DNA of 64,000 nucleotides from Macrostomum lignano (GCA_002269645.1 NIVC01000821.1:1-64000); one strand, 5' to 3'. Positions 38,501 through 50,420 are shown, counted from the stretch's first letter. Notes: generated by a model from the letters alone, not told the origin. Program-made: numbers and translations.

Positions 38501-41500
38501 TAAAATCGATCACACACATACCGACATACCATTTTTAGTATATGGAAGTATCACGTATCACGAGACTACGGACTTCAAGCTAGCAGTACACTATATAGGA
38601 GCAATTGCATCGAGCGCTGCGATAGAAGTCAGCAGCGCCAAACTTACTTGGGAAAGTGCGTGATTTCACTGACAACATTCTCCGTGACCAGATGAAGGCC
38701 GCGCACTATGAAGACGCTACCAATGCCTTTCCATAGGCAGGCGATGCCCTGAGGTGCGAGGGAGTAGGAAAACATCAGTGGGATGGCGGGTCAGCTGGCA
38801 CTGGGGACGGTGGATCAGCTGGCAGTGGGGACGGTGGATCAGCTGGCAGTAGGGACGGTGGATCAGCTGGCAGTGGGGACGGTGGATCAGCTGGCACTGG
38901 GGACGGTGGATCAGCTGGCACTGGGGACGGTGGATCAGCTGGCACTGGGGACGGTGGATCAGCTGGCAGTGAGGACGGTGGCAGTGGGGACGATGGATCA
39001 GCTGGCACTGGGGACGGTGGATCAGCTGGCACTGGGGACGGTGGATCAGCTGGCACTGGGGACGGTGGATCAGCTGGCACTGGGGACGGTGGATCAGCTG
39101 GCACTGGGGATGGTGGATCAGCTGGCAGTGAGGACGGTGGATCAGTGGACGGTGGCAGTGGGGACGGTGGATCAGTGGACGGTGGCAGTGGGGACGATGG
39201 ATCAGCTGGCAGTGGGGACGGATCAGCTGGCAGTGGGGACGGTGGATCAGCTGGCACTGGGGACGGTGGATCAGCTGGCAGTGGGGACGGTGGATCAGCT
39301 GGCACTGGGGACGATGGATCAGCTGGCAGTGAGGACGGTGGATCAGTGGACGGTGGCAGTGGGGACGGTGGATCAGTGGACGGTGGCAGTGGGGACGGGG
39401 GATCAGTGGACGGTGGCAGTGGGGACGGAGGATCAGTGGACGGTGGCAGTGGGGACGATGGATCAGCTGGCACTGGGGACGGTGGATCAGCTGGCACTGG
39501 GGACGGTGGATCAGCTGGCAGTGGGGACGGTGGATCAGCTGGCACTGGGGACGATGGATCAGCTGGCAGTGAGGACGGTGGATCAGTGGACGGTGGCAGT
39601 GGGGACGGTGAATGGCCTAGAACTAGAGTTTGAATGCACAAACCTGTGTCTTGTGCAGATTGTATATGACAGGTACAAGGCTGAATGGCAACAGGTGGTA
39701 GCTCTGGCCATCATTCATCACCTGCAATTTGGATCAGTATATGGATGCTGAATGAATTCAACAGATTATGAAGTCTACATAAAAATGACATAAAAAACCA
39801 AAAGCACAAATGATGTAGTAGATTTAACTAAACAGGGAAATCTTACCTGACACTGCCGCCTGAGCACAATACATGGATGAGACAGCAGTGTTTCTGCAAC
39901 CAGACTAAAATTAGAAATTGGCTCACAATTGATTACATTAGTACTGTTCTATTTGAAACAATGAAAGTAAAAACAAACTGAAACAAACCTGGCAAAGCCA
40001 ACTCCAAGTGAGGCATAGGACTGGTATTGCTCTAAATTAGGAAAGATAAAAGGTGGAGATAGCTTATTTATTGCTATTTAATAAGATTATAAAAAACTAC
40101 AATTAAATAAAAAAACATTTCCTATTTGTTGATATTTTATCTGTCTATTTCAAGGCTTTTAGTTATAAAAATCTAGTTAAGAGTAATTAATTCACTATAA
40201 AACTTATAGCATAAAACATTATAAACAATCTTTGTAATAAACCCATGAAATATACTTTGCCAATTACTATAAAAATGATGAAAGTCATACTATTAACATT
40301 TCTATTAAAAGAAAATGAAAATATCTAGAAATTACTCAACGCTAAGGTTTTTAAAAGATGCATGCTTTCAGCACCTGGCATTTGGCTGCTCTACTTTGCT
40401 ATTTGGTGCCCCAGTTTATGATGCCTAAAAAAACTAATCTAAAAATAATAGAAAAATTCTCTACAACACTTTTATTCACTTAATGAAACTGTTATCCATT
40501 TTGTTAAGCTGGCATACTTCTTCCATTTTGGAAAATCCATTTCATTAAATTTCATTAGCTGTATTTAAAAATACATAAAGCATGCATGCTAAAAAGACTT
40601 GTTAGGTAAAGAAAAATCTATTGACAATGCTGACATATAGTTTGAATCAAAATTATGAATGTGAAAAATCTATTTTATTACTTGTTTTTTTCCCAATAGC
40701 TAAGTAAAATAAATCAAGATGGATCATATTATCATAATACTTGTCTAAAAATTTTGAATACATTTATGTAATAGTTTGCCATAATATACTTGAACTTTAT
40801 AGATTGTACAAGGGGTGTTTCAAAAGTAACAAGAATTTTGATATAACTTTTGATTGGATAAATGAATTTCCACCTAAAAAATTTATACATATGAACAACT
40901 AATAGCTTTATTTTAAGCCTAATATAGCTGCACACAACTGTATAATTGTAAATGAAAGATCATGCCTCAAAATTTTAAATAACGATTTTTGTCTATGGCA
41001 AAAGTAACCAAGTTTGAACATGTTCATCAAGTCAAAAATCTGGCACCATTTTTTATTTCTTTAGCAATTTCAGTGAGCTTTACAAAGCTGCCATTTATCT
41101 GGATACCCTTCCCACAGTGATGCACCAGTTTTGTTAATTTCCTTTTCCCAAAAAACTCCAACATTTTTGCACCATCCATAGTCTCAGTCAGAAAAAATCG
41201 AGCCACTTTCACAGAATATTCTGTGGCCACATCAGTCAGAAATTGCAACTTTAACCAGGAATGCTATGCAGCTCAAAACTGCAAGATTATTCCCAAGCAA
41301 CTTTCCCCATAGAAAGCAGAAAGAGTGGGCCTTTATGAGAAGTAGCCAAATTTAGTAGCAGAAGTTTAAAAGCCTTCAAAATTTTAAACTTTTTTGAGTC
41401 TTTTTGCCATAGACAAAAATTGTAATCTACAATCTTGAGGCATAGACTTTCATTTTTGATTACACAGTTGTATGCAGCTATTATAGTATAGCTATAAAAT

Positions 41501-43065
41501 AGTATTATTATTATTATAAAATAGTAATATTATTGTTTTAGATTATCAAATCTCTTTATTTTGAATTTTTCTATAGTGTATTAGAAATTAACAAAATTGC
41601 CATTAAAATGACATCTAGATAGGCCTAAACAATAGCAAATTTATATTTGCTACAGTATATTTAACTATTTATTTAGGCAAATTTTTTGTATCTAGCAAAG
41701 AATACCCTAATGAAGATATTTTGTAATTTAAAATAATTTAAGCATAATTCTTATGATTTGTATTTGGCCTACTACAAAAAATTACATAAGGTGCTCTAAA
41801 TCTCTATAATTTTTAACCATAGCTACCAGCAACTAAGTATGATCTTTAGTTAAAATCTATAACCTATAGCCAGAATTTTCCAACATACACTTGAGTTCTG
41901 TGGCGTATAGTATGGCATACACAACTAACGTACAAATTAATATAAAGAATTTTTTCGTGCATTTTTCTATGTTAAGTTATTTCAAAACCCTTTTTTTCTG
42001 CTTTCTGGTCATTTAAAAATCTAAAATGAGCAAATTAGCAAATCTAAAAATCTAAAAATTAATCATTTTAATTACCAGAATTGTCACAAAAATTGTCATG
42101 TCATTATCAAATTTTTGTAATTTAAATTTAAATTTAAAATTAAATATTCATCAATTTTTGTACCATTAAACCATTTATAATTATAATGTACTGTTCTGAT
42201 TCTGACTTCTAGTTATGTTTAATTTCTGTTTTTGTTTTTGTTGGTGCACATTAAGAAAGTTGGCATTCATGTAAAATTTGTTGGCATACATTTGAAAATT
42301 CAATGAAAAAAAGTGTGGTATACACAGAAAACCTTCTGCAATATGGTCTATAACTAATTTTTTAAATGTAGGCCTGCCTATTACCCCAAACTTTTCCTTT
42401 AACCATAGGCATAGACAATTATAATAGAACACTAGTTGATGATACAACACAATGATGCAGTTATACATTTCTCTTTAATTTTCTTTAATAAATAATAAGA
42501 CTAAGTTGCTTATATTGGATTTAGATCCTAAGAAGACAAAGGCTTTGATTTTTAGCCAAGCAAAACATAAACAATGCTACTTACCTTTGTCAGAAAATGA
42601 ATCCCAACCAGAAGCAGAACTAGCAGAACCAATATGAGGATGCACTGTTGTTCCAAGTCCAGTACCAGATATATTTCTATTTCTTGAATGAGGCCTACCA
42701 GAGTGGTCCCGTCGTCGATGAATATGACTGCGAGCTGATGAGTCCATTAGGTAATCAGGTTCTCGTGTTCCACTTCCTGAATCCCATTCAGCATGCCTTG
42801 ACCTAGATCCTACTTGTCCTGATTGCCGCAATCCAGAATCATATGGAACACCAACACTACTGTGCTGATAAGACGTTGCAGCTGCAAACCTTGCATCAGG
42901 CAAGTCACCAGGGTTCATTGTATTGCTTGATTGCGTAATACCTTGGGTACTAACAAATGGCTGATACTTTGAAAATCGCGGTTCTGACGAGGACAAACCA
43001 AGTGATCGATTGGAAACAGTTGTTTCTCTTTTAAAGTCAGCTAAAACAAAGCCATTATCATCCAT
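35544..43065 (-). CDS. SLC25A46: Mitochondrial outer-membrane carrier-family protein SLC25A46 (Ugo1-like), intact copy, 7 coding exons, ~531 aa
   Basis: Exons 43065-42585, 40031-39989, 39904-39847, 39721-39644, 38748-38648, 37413-37038, 36002-35544, all GT-AG and phase compatible (1596 nt). Motifs [43 protein letters not shown] and [21 protein letters not shown] match remembered human SLC25A46 ([45 protein letters not shown]). Exon 1 is assigned only by orientation and phase. Confidence 0.93.
36187..36612. repeat. Right-arm version of the 38-bp minisatellite, roughly 11 copies
   Basis: Homogeneous GGCGATAACTACATTGAGTTACTTGTACCATCACGCAT units. Confidence 0.95.
37495..38502. repeat. Right-arm version of the intron 5 minisatellite, dominated by a 21-bp variant (GGGTATCACCTGCTAAGGGAA)
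   Basis: Period-21 tandem units seen directly. Confidence 0.95.
38776..39610. repeat. Same 24-bp minisatellite in the right arm, about twice as long, with extra sub-variants
   Basis: GGTGGATCAGCTGGCA(C/G)TGGGGAC tandem units. Confidence 0.92.
40927..41478. mobile_element. Right-arm copy of the TA-flanked TIR element
   Basis: Mirror of 1736-2282; contains ORF 41027-41248. Confidence 0.55.
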
Positions 43066-43471
43066 GAAAAAATTGAAAGGTAATGTTAAACAACATCCAT
43101 AGAGGAAATCACAGTAACAAAATCAATTGATGATAGTTCTATAATGAGAAGGCATAAAATATGCGTACAAAAGTTGGCCTAACATCGATCATCGATCGTC
43201 AATGGTGGGAATAACTACTGTAAGTAAAATAGATGAATTTGGGCAAGTTCTATGAATTTGGACTTTTAAAATCCGTAATAGTTTATAAACAAGTGGCAAA
43301 TGCGTAATTTTACATTTACGAAAAAGCAGAACCAGTCTTTAAACTCAATAGGAAAAATGTTAAATTTTTCTCCTCTGCGCTTAATTGATGATCACCGTAC
43401 AGGACTTTATGATTGATTTGATCGATTTAGGAAAATTTGATTTACCGATTTTGGCATGGCATTACGTTAAT

Positions 43472-43731
43472 GGGCCTTTTCATATTGCTTGCTCTGGTTC
43501 CAGAACCAGAACCAATTTGTGAAGTATAACTTTTTGTCTCCATAACTAGAGGGAGATACGTGCTATAAAGTTTTTATTATTGAATAAAAAAAACCAAGAA
43601 GAAAGTGAAAAATTGTGCTAAGTTAGGTTGTTAAGGCAGTCAAATGTTAACAGAGTTTAATAGTTATACTGCTGTTTTTCTTGGAATTCCGAACCGATTC
43701 TGGTTCTGGAATTGGTAATATGAAAAGGCCC
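43472..43731. mobile_element. PIF/Harbinger-like MITE, 260 bp
   Basis: Perfect 15-bp TIR GGGCCTTTTCATATT / AATATGAAAAGGCCC, 3-bp AAT duplication on both sides, and subterminal CCAGAACCAGAA inverted motifs. Confidence 0.8.
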
Positions 43732-44760
43732 AATTAAATCGATTTGAAACTTGCAGCAATTGAAAGCTGTTTGTGACTTTGTAATTTGTAACTTTTTAAT
43801 TTGCAAAAAAATTTACCTATAACTTTTTTGCAAGGACCACTTAATGGTCACATTACGCAATATTGCGCAGTATTAATCCCCCATCGTGTCGCCTACGTAC
43901 GTGTTTTATGCAGAAAACACAAATTTTTGGACAAAAATAGGAACTTGCTCGCATCACGTTGCCATCATTAAATCCAGCGGTTATAATTAAAAAAATTTGG
44001 TTGACGAATTGCGCCAGCTGACGAAATCGCAGTTTACCTCAATGTCTTTTGCAATCATCGTTCTTTTTTACATTCTGCAATTGAAGTTTTACCTTAATAG
44101 AATAAAAAATCTTTGCATTTTTTTAGTGTCTGTTTGTTTAAAATGGAACAGCTTAACTGCATCGCATTTCGATTTGGTTTCCCAGAATCCGGCGTAATTT
44201 TAAATTGTAAGTTGTCATTTTTTTCGCTGAAATAGTCAGCACCCTTCCAGGCTTCTAGTAGGACGTCACTGCTACCACTGACTATTAATACTTAAACGTA
44301 TTAAAAATTACTTAAAATGTTTTACTTTGTAAGTATTTCAATAAATTTTATTGTTTGATATATGATTATCATTATCAGTATGATTTAGTATCACTATTAG
44401 TACTATTAGTATTAGTAATCTGTTTTTAAGGCTTGTTAAGTCGAGGCTAAAGGTTAACTTAAGTTGCTTTTTATGTATTTATGTATTTTGTTTCAGTTGC
44501 TATCATATTTAAGATAGTAAGAAGATAATGAAGAAAAAATTATGATAGTAACAACTAATATTGATTTTCCAATCAAATATGTTTAACATATAGCCAACTT
44601 AGCCACCATAATCTAGATCATGGCACCAGAATCTGGTGTACACCAGAATAAAAAATCATGTTTTTTCAATTCAATGCCAATGTAAAATTAAAAAAAAATT
44701 ATGCCAAGTCCAGAGTTGCCACAGTCACCGATCATGCTAGGTGCACGCAGCATACCTAAG

Positions 44761-45222
44761 CCATAGTCAGGAAGGTGGCACAGTGTGTGCCGGAATAATT
44801 TTTTGGGACAATTTGTGCGCTGTCTATGTGCCATTTGTGCGCCATCTGTGCGCCACTCTTCACAAGTAGAGTTTTCTAAGAAAGGCCTTCGTATGAAAAA
44901 CCTTTTTAAAATGTTTTGCAAAATTGATGTTTTTAGCAATAATTTATACTAATTTTATTTACTGTTAATTTTAAAGAAGCAAAAAGTTTATCACTGACTT
45001 TTTAGACTATACAAATCTCTTTTATTTTACATAAAATTGTTAATTTGCTTTACAATTTTCATGCATGTCAGGGACCTTATGCGCCGCAATTATGCGCCGC
45101 ATGCACTAGGGACATCAGTGTGCGCCATGATTGTGTGCCAAGGACCCCTTATGTGTGCCGCGCTTATGCGCCAATGTGTGCGCGGGAATTTTCCCCCTTA
45201 GAGGCCACCTTCCTGACTATGG
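44761..45222. mobile_element. MITE, 462 bp, 19-bp TIR, apparent 8-bp TSD (superfamily unassigned)
   Basis: CCATAGTCAGGAAGGTGGC / GCCACCTTCCTGACTATGG perfect TIR; flanks TACCTAAG and TGCCTAAG (7/8); many TGTGCGCC subterminal motifs. Confidence 0.8.
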
Positions 45223-45565
45223 TGCCTAAGCAATAGTTTCAATAGTTTCAAATGCACGCCAAAAAAATTAAGTGCATGCCCATTCTTAAAACTCCACCAG
45301 TGTTGCAACAATAAATGACCTTTTTTATTGCATAATAGACCCTTTTGACAAATAATTTGGTTAATTTTTCTACTTTTTTTTACAATACTATTTATAATTA
45401 TAGTAAAAAACTAGCAATCTTCACCCCCCCCTCCCGGTTGGGGGAAATCTGGATAGAATCTCTGTTCTTTATAAGTAACAAAAAGACAGCCAAATAAAGC
45501 CTTCACAAAGATGACAAACAAACTGCTCAAATAAAGTGTAATGCAAAAAGAAATCATCCCAAGAC

Positions 45566-45760
45566 AGTAAGCATCCCTTAGATAGTAAGCATCCCCTAGA
45601 TTGCAAGCATCCCCTAGATAGCAAGCATCCCCCAGATAGCAAGCATCCCCCAGATAGCAAGCATCCCCCAAATAGCAAGCATTCCCTAGATAGGAAGCAT
45701 CCCCCCTTTCGGATAGCAAGCATCCCCTAGATAGCAAGCATCCCCAAATAGTAAGCATCT
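45566..45760. repeat. 18-bp tandem repeat AGCAAGCATCCCCTAGAT inside Helitron A
   Basis: About 11 units. Confidence 0.9.
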
Positions 45761-46091
45761 ACCAAACAATAAGTAGCTAATGCAACAATTTCCTTAGCTC
45801 TATAGTGGCTCCTTTAAAATTGGCATGACACTTACTTTTACGTTTGAAATTGTGTATCTTTTATTGTTTGACATGGTGGCTCTTTAATGTTTGACATGGT
45901 GGCTCTTTTATGTTCTACATGGTGGCTCTCTTATGTTTGATTCGGGTTTTTTTAATGTCTGACATGGTGTCTCTTTAATGTTTGACATAGTGGCTCTTTA
46001 ATGTTTGACATGGTGGTTCTTTTATATTCGACATGGTGGCTCTTTTATGCTTGACATGGTGGCTCTTTACTGTTTGACATGGAGTCACATA

Positions 46092-47005
46092 TGTCCCAGG
46101 GCTCTTAATTATTCTTTTGCTAGCCTTACTAGCTGCCACCAAGCTGTTGCAGGGGTTATTCCTTTTTGTTAATATTGCTGGTTATTACTTGACCTTTACT
46201 CGTAGTGCATGTACTTCTATTGGTAGCGTATGTACTTTTATTGGTAGCGTCTGTACTTCTATTGGTAGCGTATGTACTTTTATTGGTAGCGTCTGTACTT
46301 TTATTGGTAGCGTATGTACTTTTATTGGTAGTGTATATACTTTTATTGGTAGCGTATGTACTTTTATTGGTAGCGTATGTACTTTTATTGTACTTTCGGG
46401 CCTGAGCGGTCTTCTGGCACTAATCCTCTAACTCTATGTATCCCCAATTCACTCCTCTAGGAGGGTTTCTCTCAGTCCGGGCATTGCCGGGATCAGAGGG
46501 TCACAGCACACTTTGCTGGGTATTTGGCCCTGAGGCGGGTTTCTCAGACTCTAAGCCTGGATTTCTCTACCCCGTGATAGGATTTCTGCCTTCTATAGGC
46601 GGGTTACTAGACTCCTAAGTCTAGGGTTTCTCAGATCCTAGATCTGGTTATCTCGTCCTCTGAGAACAGATTGTACTCCCAACCTTGGGGCAATTCCTAT
46701 ACTAGTATCTACTACTAAAAATGAGTAATACTGGAACAATTCTTAAACTCAGTCTGAATTTGTCTGGTTAAGCTTGTAATATTCAAGCGCGAGCTCAAAG
46801 CAGAGCAAAGAGTTTATTATTCTTAGCCTCTAGTGGGCTTCCTTTTATAGCAAAAATTTTAGAATGTTTTAAAACAAACTATAATATTCGTAATATGCAA
46901 AATATACAATATATAAAAAATATTCAACATATTTGTACAGTAAAACAATAGTTATGTTTTCAAAATACAATTTTCCTAGAAACTAATAAAATGCGGCCTA
47001 TTACA
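46092..47005 (-). mobile_element. Solo LTR, 914 bp (Ty3/Gypsy-like by 4-bp TSD)
   Basis: TGT...ACA termini flanked by CATA/CATA. On minus, TATAAAAG at ~46849-46842 is followed by AATAAA at 46818-46813. Internal 21-bp repeat at 46211-46390. Confidence 0.75.
46211..46390. repeat. 21-bp tandem repeat TATTGGTAGCGTATGTACTTT within the solo LTR
   Basis: About 8 units. Confidence 0.9.
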
Positions 47006-47657
47006 CATATATGTTTGACATGGTGGCTCTTTACTGTTTGACATGGAGTCACATATATGTTTGACATGGTGGCTCTTTAATGTTAGACATGATGGCTCTT
47101 TAATGTTCTTCATGGTGGCTCTTTTATGTTTGACATGGAGTCACAAATATACTTGACATGGTGACTCATTAATGTTTGACATGGTGGCTCTATAATGTTA
47201 GACATGGTGGCTCTTTAATGTTCGACATGGTGGCTCTTTAATGTTAGACATGGTGGCTCTTTAATGTTAGACATGGTGGCTCTTTAATGTTCGACATGGT
47301 GGCTCTTTAATGTTTGACATTGCAGCTCTTTAATGTTTGACATGGTGGCTCTTTTATGTTTGACATGGTGGCTCTTTTATGTTTGACATGGTGGCTCTTT
47401 TATGTTTGACATGGTGGCTCTTTTATGTTTGACATGGTGGTTCTTTTATGTTCGACATGGTGGCTCTTTTATGCTTGACATGGTGGCTCTTTACTGTTTG
47501 ACATGGAGTCACATATATGTTTGACATGGTGACTCTTTTATGTTTTACATGGTGGCTCTTTAATGTTTGACATGGTGGCTCTTTAATGTTTGACATTGTG
47601 CATTTTTGTGTTTAGCATTTTGTGTTTTTAAGGTTTTTGAATAAAAAAATCTTCTTG

Positions 47658-47719
47658 CACTACTAAGATTCGAACCCAGGTTGCTGCATTAGCAGTCCAG
47701 TCTGTTTGCATCTATGCTA
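47658..47719 (-). other. tRNA-derived (Ser-GCT-like) segment inside Helitron A
   Basis: On minus: CTGGA-CTGCTAA-TGCAG anticodon-arm-like sequence and B-box GGTTCGAATC (47676-47667). The acceptor stem and D arm are degenerate, so it is not a functional tRNA. Confidence 0.5.
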
Positions 47720-47732
47720 TCTCTTGTCAATT

Positions 47733-48516
47733 GGCTCATTCCATATAAGCATGGTCGTAACATGACAGGTTATTTTTACTTATAAAATGAAATCTAATAA
47801 TAGAATATACTAAACCAATATTTTAAATGAAAGATTATTTTGTCTAGAATATATTTATAGAGTTTCATATAGATATCATCATTAGTATAGATGCTATTAA
47901 ACCTTAAATGACACTTATGGTCGTAACGACAGGATTTTTGACATATAGAAACTAAAAGGTAAAAGTCTTATAACATTTTTCATTTTTGATATTTTGCAAT
48001 GCATTTTTAAAATTTGACTAAGAACATCTTTAGAAATCATACTCTTTTATTAGAATATATAAACTCAAAAGGCAACAAAGATACAAAAGAAAAGGCAGCC
48101 TTATGGTCGTAACATTATGGTCGTAACATATTTTTTCTGTCAATTCAGTAACTTTGAGGTACTAATACATTAAAAATATAATAGATTATTTGGTCACCAA
48201 TGCTTTTATCTGATGATGCAAGTACTATACTTTTATCTATAGTTTGTTTCAACCTTCAAAAGCTTTCTATTTGTTTTTAAAAGGTACAAAATCTTAATGA
48301 TGTCTTTTGCTTCGAAAAATGTCCAAATTTTTACAAAAATGACTTTTTACCAATTGATAACATACTAATCCAACATTTTACCATTCCTTTATTCTTAGAT
48401 TGTATATATTGCACAATATAAACATTTGGTAAAAAATAGGCTAATTAGGCAATGGCAAGCAAAAATATTGACTTTTTTCTATTTTCCAAATATGTCCATC
48501 TTATATGGAATGAGCC
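47733..48516. mobile_element. MITE, 784 bp, AATT TSD (possibly Sola1-type AWWT target)
   Basis: TIR GGCTCATTCCATATAAG / CTTATATGGAATGAGCC, AATT on both sides, repeated TTATGGTCGTAAC motifs. It is absent from the homologous position of Helitron B. Confidence 0.8.
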
Positions 48517-49272
48517 AATTGGAGAACTTGAATTGTGGCCCTTATAATTAAATTCTTATAGCAAATCAGTTAGAGTTATGACATAATCAATTTCTTAGTC
48601 AGCTAGTATCAGTGTCAATTTAAGTTACAAGCTCGTAGCAATATTGTTACGCAATTTAAATCAAGTTTTGTGTGCATTTCTTTGGCACTGTTTTCAACTG
48701 TTTGTGATGTAATCCTTATCACAATTGGAATTCAGTCAGTTAGTTTTTTTCTCTAGTATTCTTACAATGCATTTCAGGTCAAAAGAGCTGCTTGACCTTT
48801 GCAAAAAAGATGTTTTTCGAATATTTAATCCCTTTAACATTGAGCAATTTCTTAGCCAAGATGCATGTACTGTCCCAGGAAAATTTCTGATCGAATGGTG
48901 CAAGTTTGAAGATAATCGGTTGAGCCATTTTTTCTGAAATCTATTGCATACCTACCCACATACAGACAACTCATTTTTAGTATATAGGATTGATACACAC
49001 AAAGATTTGTTTAAATGCCTTATTACAGGCTTAAAAACCTGTAAAGTGATAAAATTTACACTTAAAAATTTACTTTTTTTTCTTCTTCTCAATAACTCTT
49101 CTGTGTGATTCTTTAAAGTGCATGCTAGATGTATTTTCTCTAGAATGATGCATGCCAACTGTGTATGCCTATTTCTGGCATGCAAGGCCAATGCATGCTT
49201 AAATTTTATGGCATATACTACATGATCTGGAATGTGGTAGAGTTGCTGGTATACTATTTTTTAAGGAATATA

Positions 49273-49809
49273 TCTCTACCTATAAAAATCAAAACTCTGT
49301 CTGTCTGTCTGTCTGTCTGTGGACAAATTACTTCGCTATGGACTCCCAAACCGCCCGACCGAATGCCACCAAATTTTGCACCCGCCCTAAACTCACTACG
49401 TAGAATGTCTTAGGCTACCTTAAAATTTCCTAACTTTGAGTCTTCCTACCTAAAAGTGCAAAAAACTGCTCAAAACGCGCGATTTTTTTACTAAATCCTC
49501 CATAGCGCCGCTCTACTTCTACTGATCCTCTTCAAATTTGACACAGACAATCTTTAACTATTTTGGCACAATCATGTAAAATTTCGAGTCTCAAAGTTAA
49601 TCCTGAGCGGTGCTGTGCACTTTTAAAGTTAGGCTGTTTTTTTCAGCGTAGCAACCACCCCAACCTCTGCCCGCCTGCCTCTCTTTCCCGATACCAATCT
49701 GGGCCCAGATGTGTAAAAGGGTTTCAAAATTGACTAACTTTCAGCTGCCATAAGTTTTCTCCACGTAAAGCGATTGACTTCAAACTTGACACAATTCTTC
49801 ATTGACCCA
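49273..49809 (+). mobile_element. 5' part of another Helitron/DINE-like element C
   Basis: A|TCTCTACCTATAAAAATC start followed by a (CTGT)n microsatellite and CCGAATGCCACCAAATTTTG, an architecture typical of Helitron-derived interspersed elements. No 3' end was seen. Confidence 0.5.
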
Positions 49810-50420
49810 TCCTATATATATGTACTAAAAATGAAAATCTTGCTTGCTTGCTTGTAATCGGTTAGAGAAAAAATGGCTTAACCGATTTTCATGAGACTTG
49901 CACTGTTTGATCAGAAATTTTCCCCTGACGGTACATGCATCTTGGCTAAGAAATTGCTCCATGTTAAAGCGATTAAATATTCGAAAAACATGCTTTTTTG
50001 CAAAGGTCAAGCAAACTTTTCGACTTGAAATGCATTGTAAGAATGCTAAGAGAAAAATTGACTGGTTGAATCTGATTCTGAAATAGATTGCATCATAACT
50101 GAATTGTAACTCCAACTTGAATTGCGTCATAGTATTGAAAATGCAGTGTGGAAGCGTAGCACCAGACTTGATTTAGATTGCATAACCATATTCTCAACTT
50201 TAATTGAGACTGATGCTGACTTGCCTGGGAAATTGATTATGTCATAACTGCTTTGTGAGTGAGTGTTGAATTATATAAGTGCTACAATTTCATTTATAAT
50301 TCAATAAGATCTAGCCTAGAAGTGAACAGACTGGACTGCTAATGCAGTGACCTGGGTTCGAATCTTAGTAGTGAAAATTTTTTTATTAAAAGCTTTTATT
50401 AAAAAAACAATAAAGGACTA
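49810..50420 (+). mobile_element. 5' part of Helitron-like element B (same family as A), running into the satellite
   Basis: A|TCCTATATATATGTACTAAAAATGA start; 49850-50060 is homologous to 48950-48740 on minus, and 50200-50390 is homologous to 48600-48520 plus 47730-47640 on minus. Confidence 0.75.
50312..50373 (+). other. tRNA-derived (Ser-GCT-like) segment inside Helitron B
   Basis: AACAGACTGGACTGCTAATGCAGTGACCTGGGTTCGAATCTTAGTAGTG; B-box at 50355-50364. Confidence 0.5.

Larger units (their letters stand above)
21934..41916 (-). repeat. Right arm of ~20 kb inverted repeat (partner 1242-21392)
   Basis: Reverse complement of the left arm; homology fades at about 41916 (GCCATACTATACGCCACAG on minus vs GCCACACTATATGCCACAC at 1242). 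Confidence 0.97.
45866..47600. repeat. 23-bp tandem array GACATGGTGGCTCTTTAATGTTT inside Helitron A, split by a solo LTR (segments 45866-46091 and 47006-47600)
   Basis: Units seen on both sides of the insertion. Confidence 0.92.
45411..48989 (-). mobile_element. Full-length non-autonomous Helitron-like element A (about 1.9 kb without nested insertions)
   Basis: On minus: 5' A|TCCTATATACTAAAAATGAG at 48989 and 3' GC-rich CCCCCAACCGGGAGGGGGGG hairpin-like stretch then CTAG|T at 45411. It sits between A and T with no TSD, matching canonical Helitron termini. Confidence 0.75.

Noticed and set aside
38775-39751. Long ORFs (288 aa, 322 aa, 162 aa) resembling collagen-like or ice-nucleation-like repeat proteins
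   Set aside because: They are read-throughs of a 24-bp intronic minisatellite, open in several frames on both strands and different between arms.
48725-50130. Paralogous small ORFs (70 aa and 101 aa) as a Helitron-encoded protein
   Set aside because: They do not share start or stop positions, are AT-rich, and show no Rep/helicase motifs; the similarity reflects the non-coding element body.
50312-50373. Functional tRNA-Ser gene
   Set aside because: No paired acceptor stem, a mismatch in the anticodon stem, and no long variable arm; treated as a tRNA-derived fragment.
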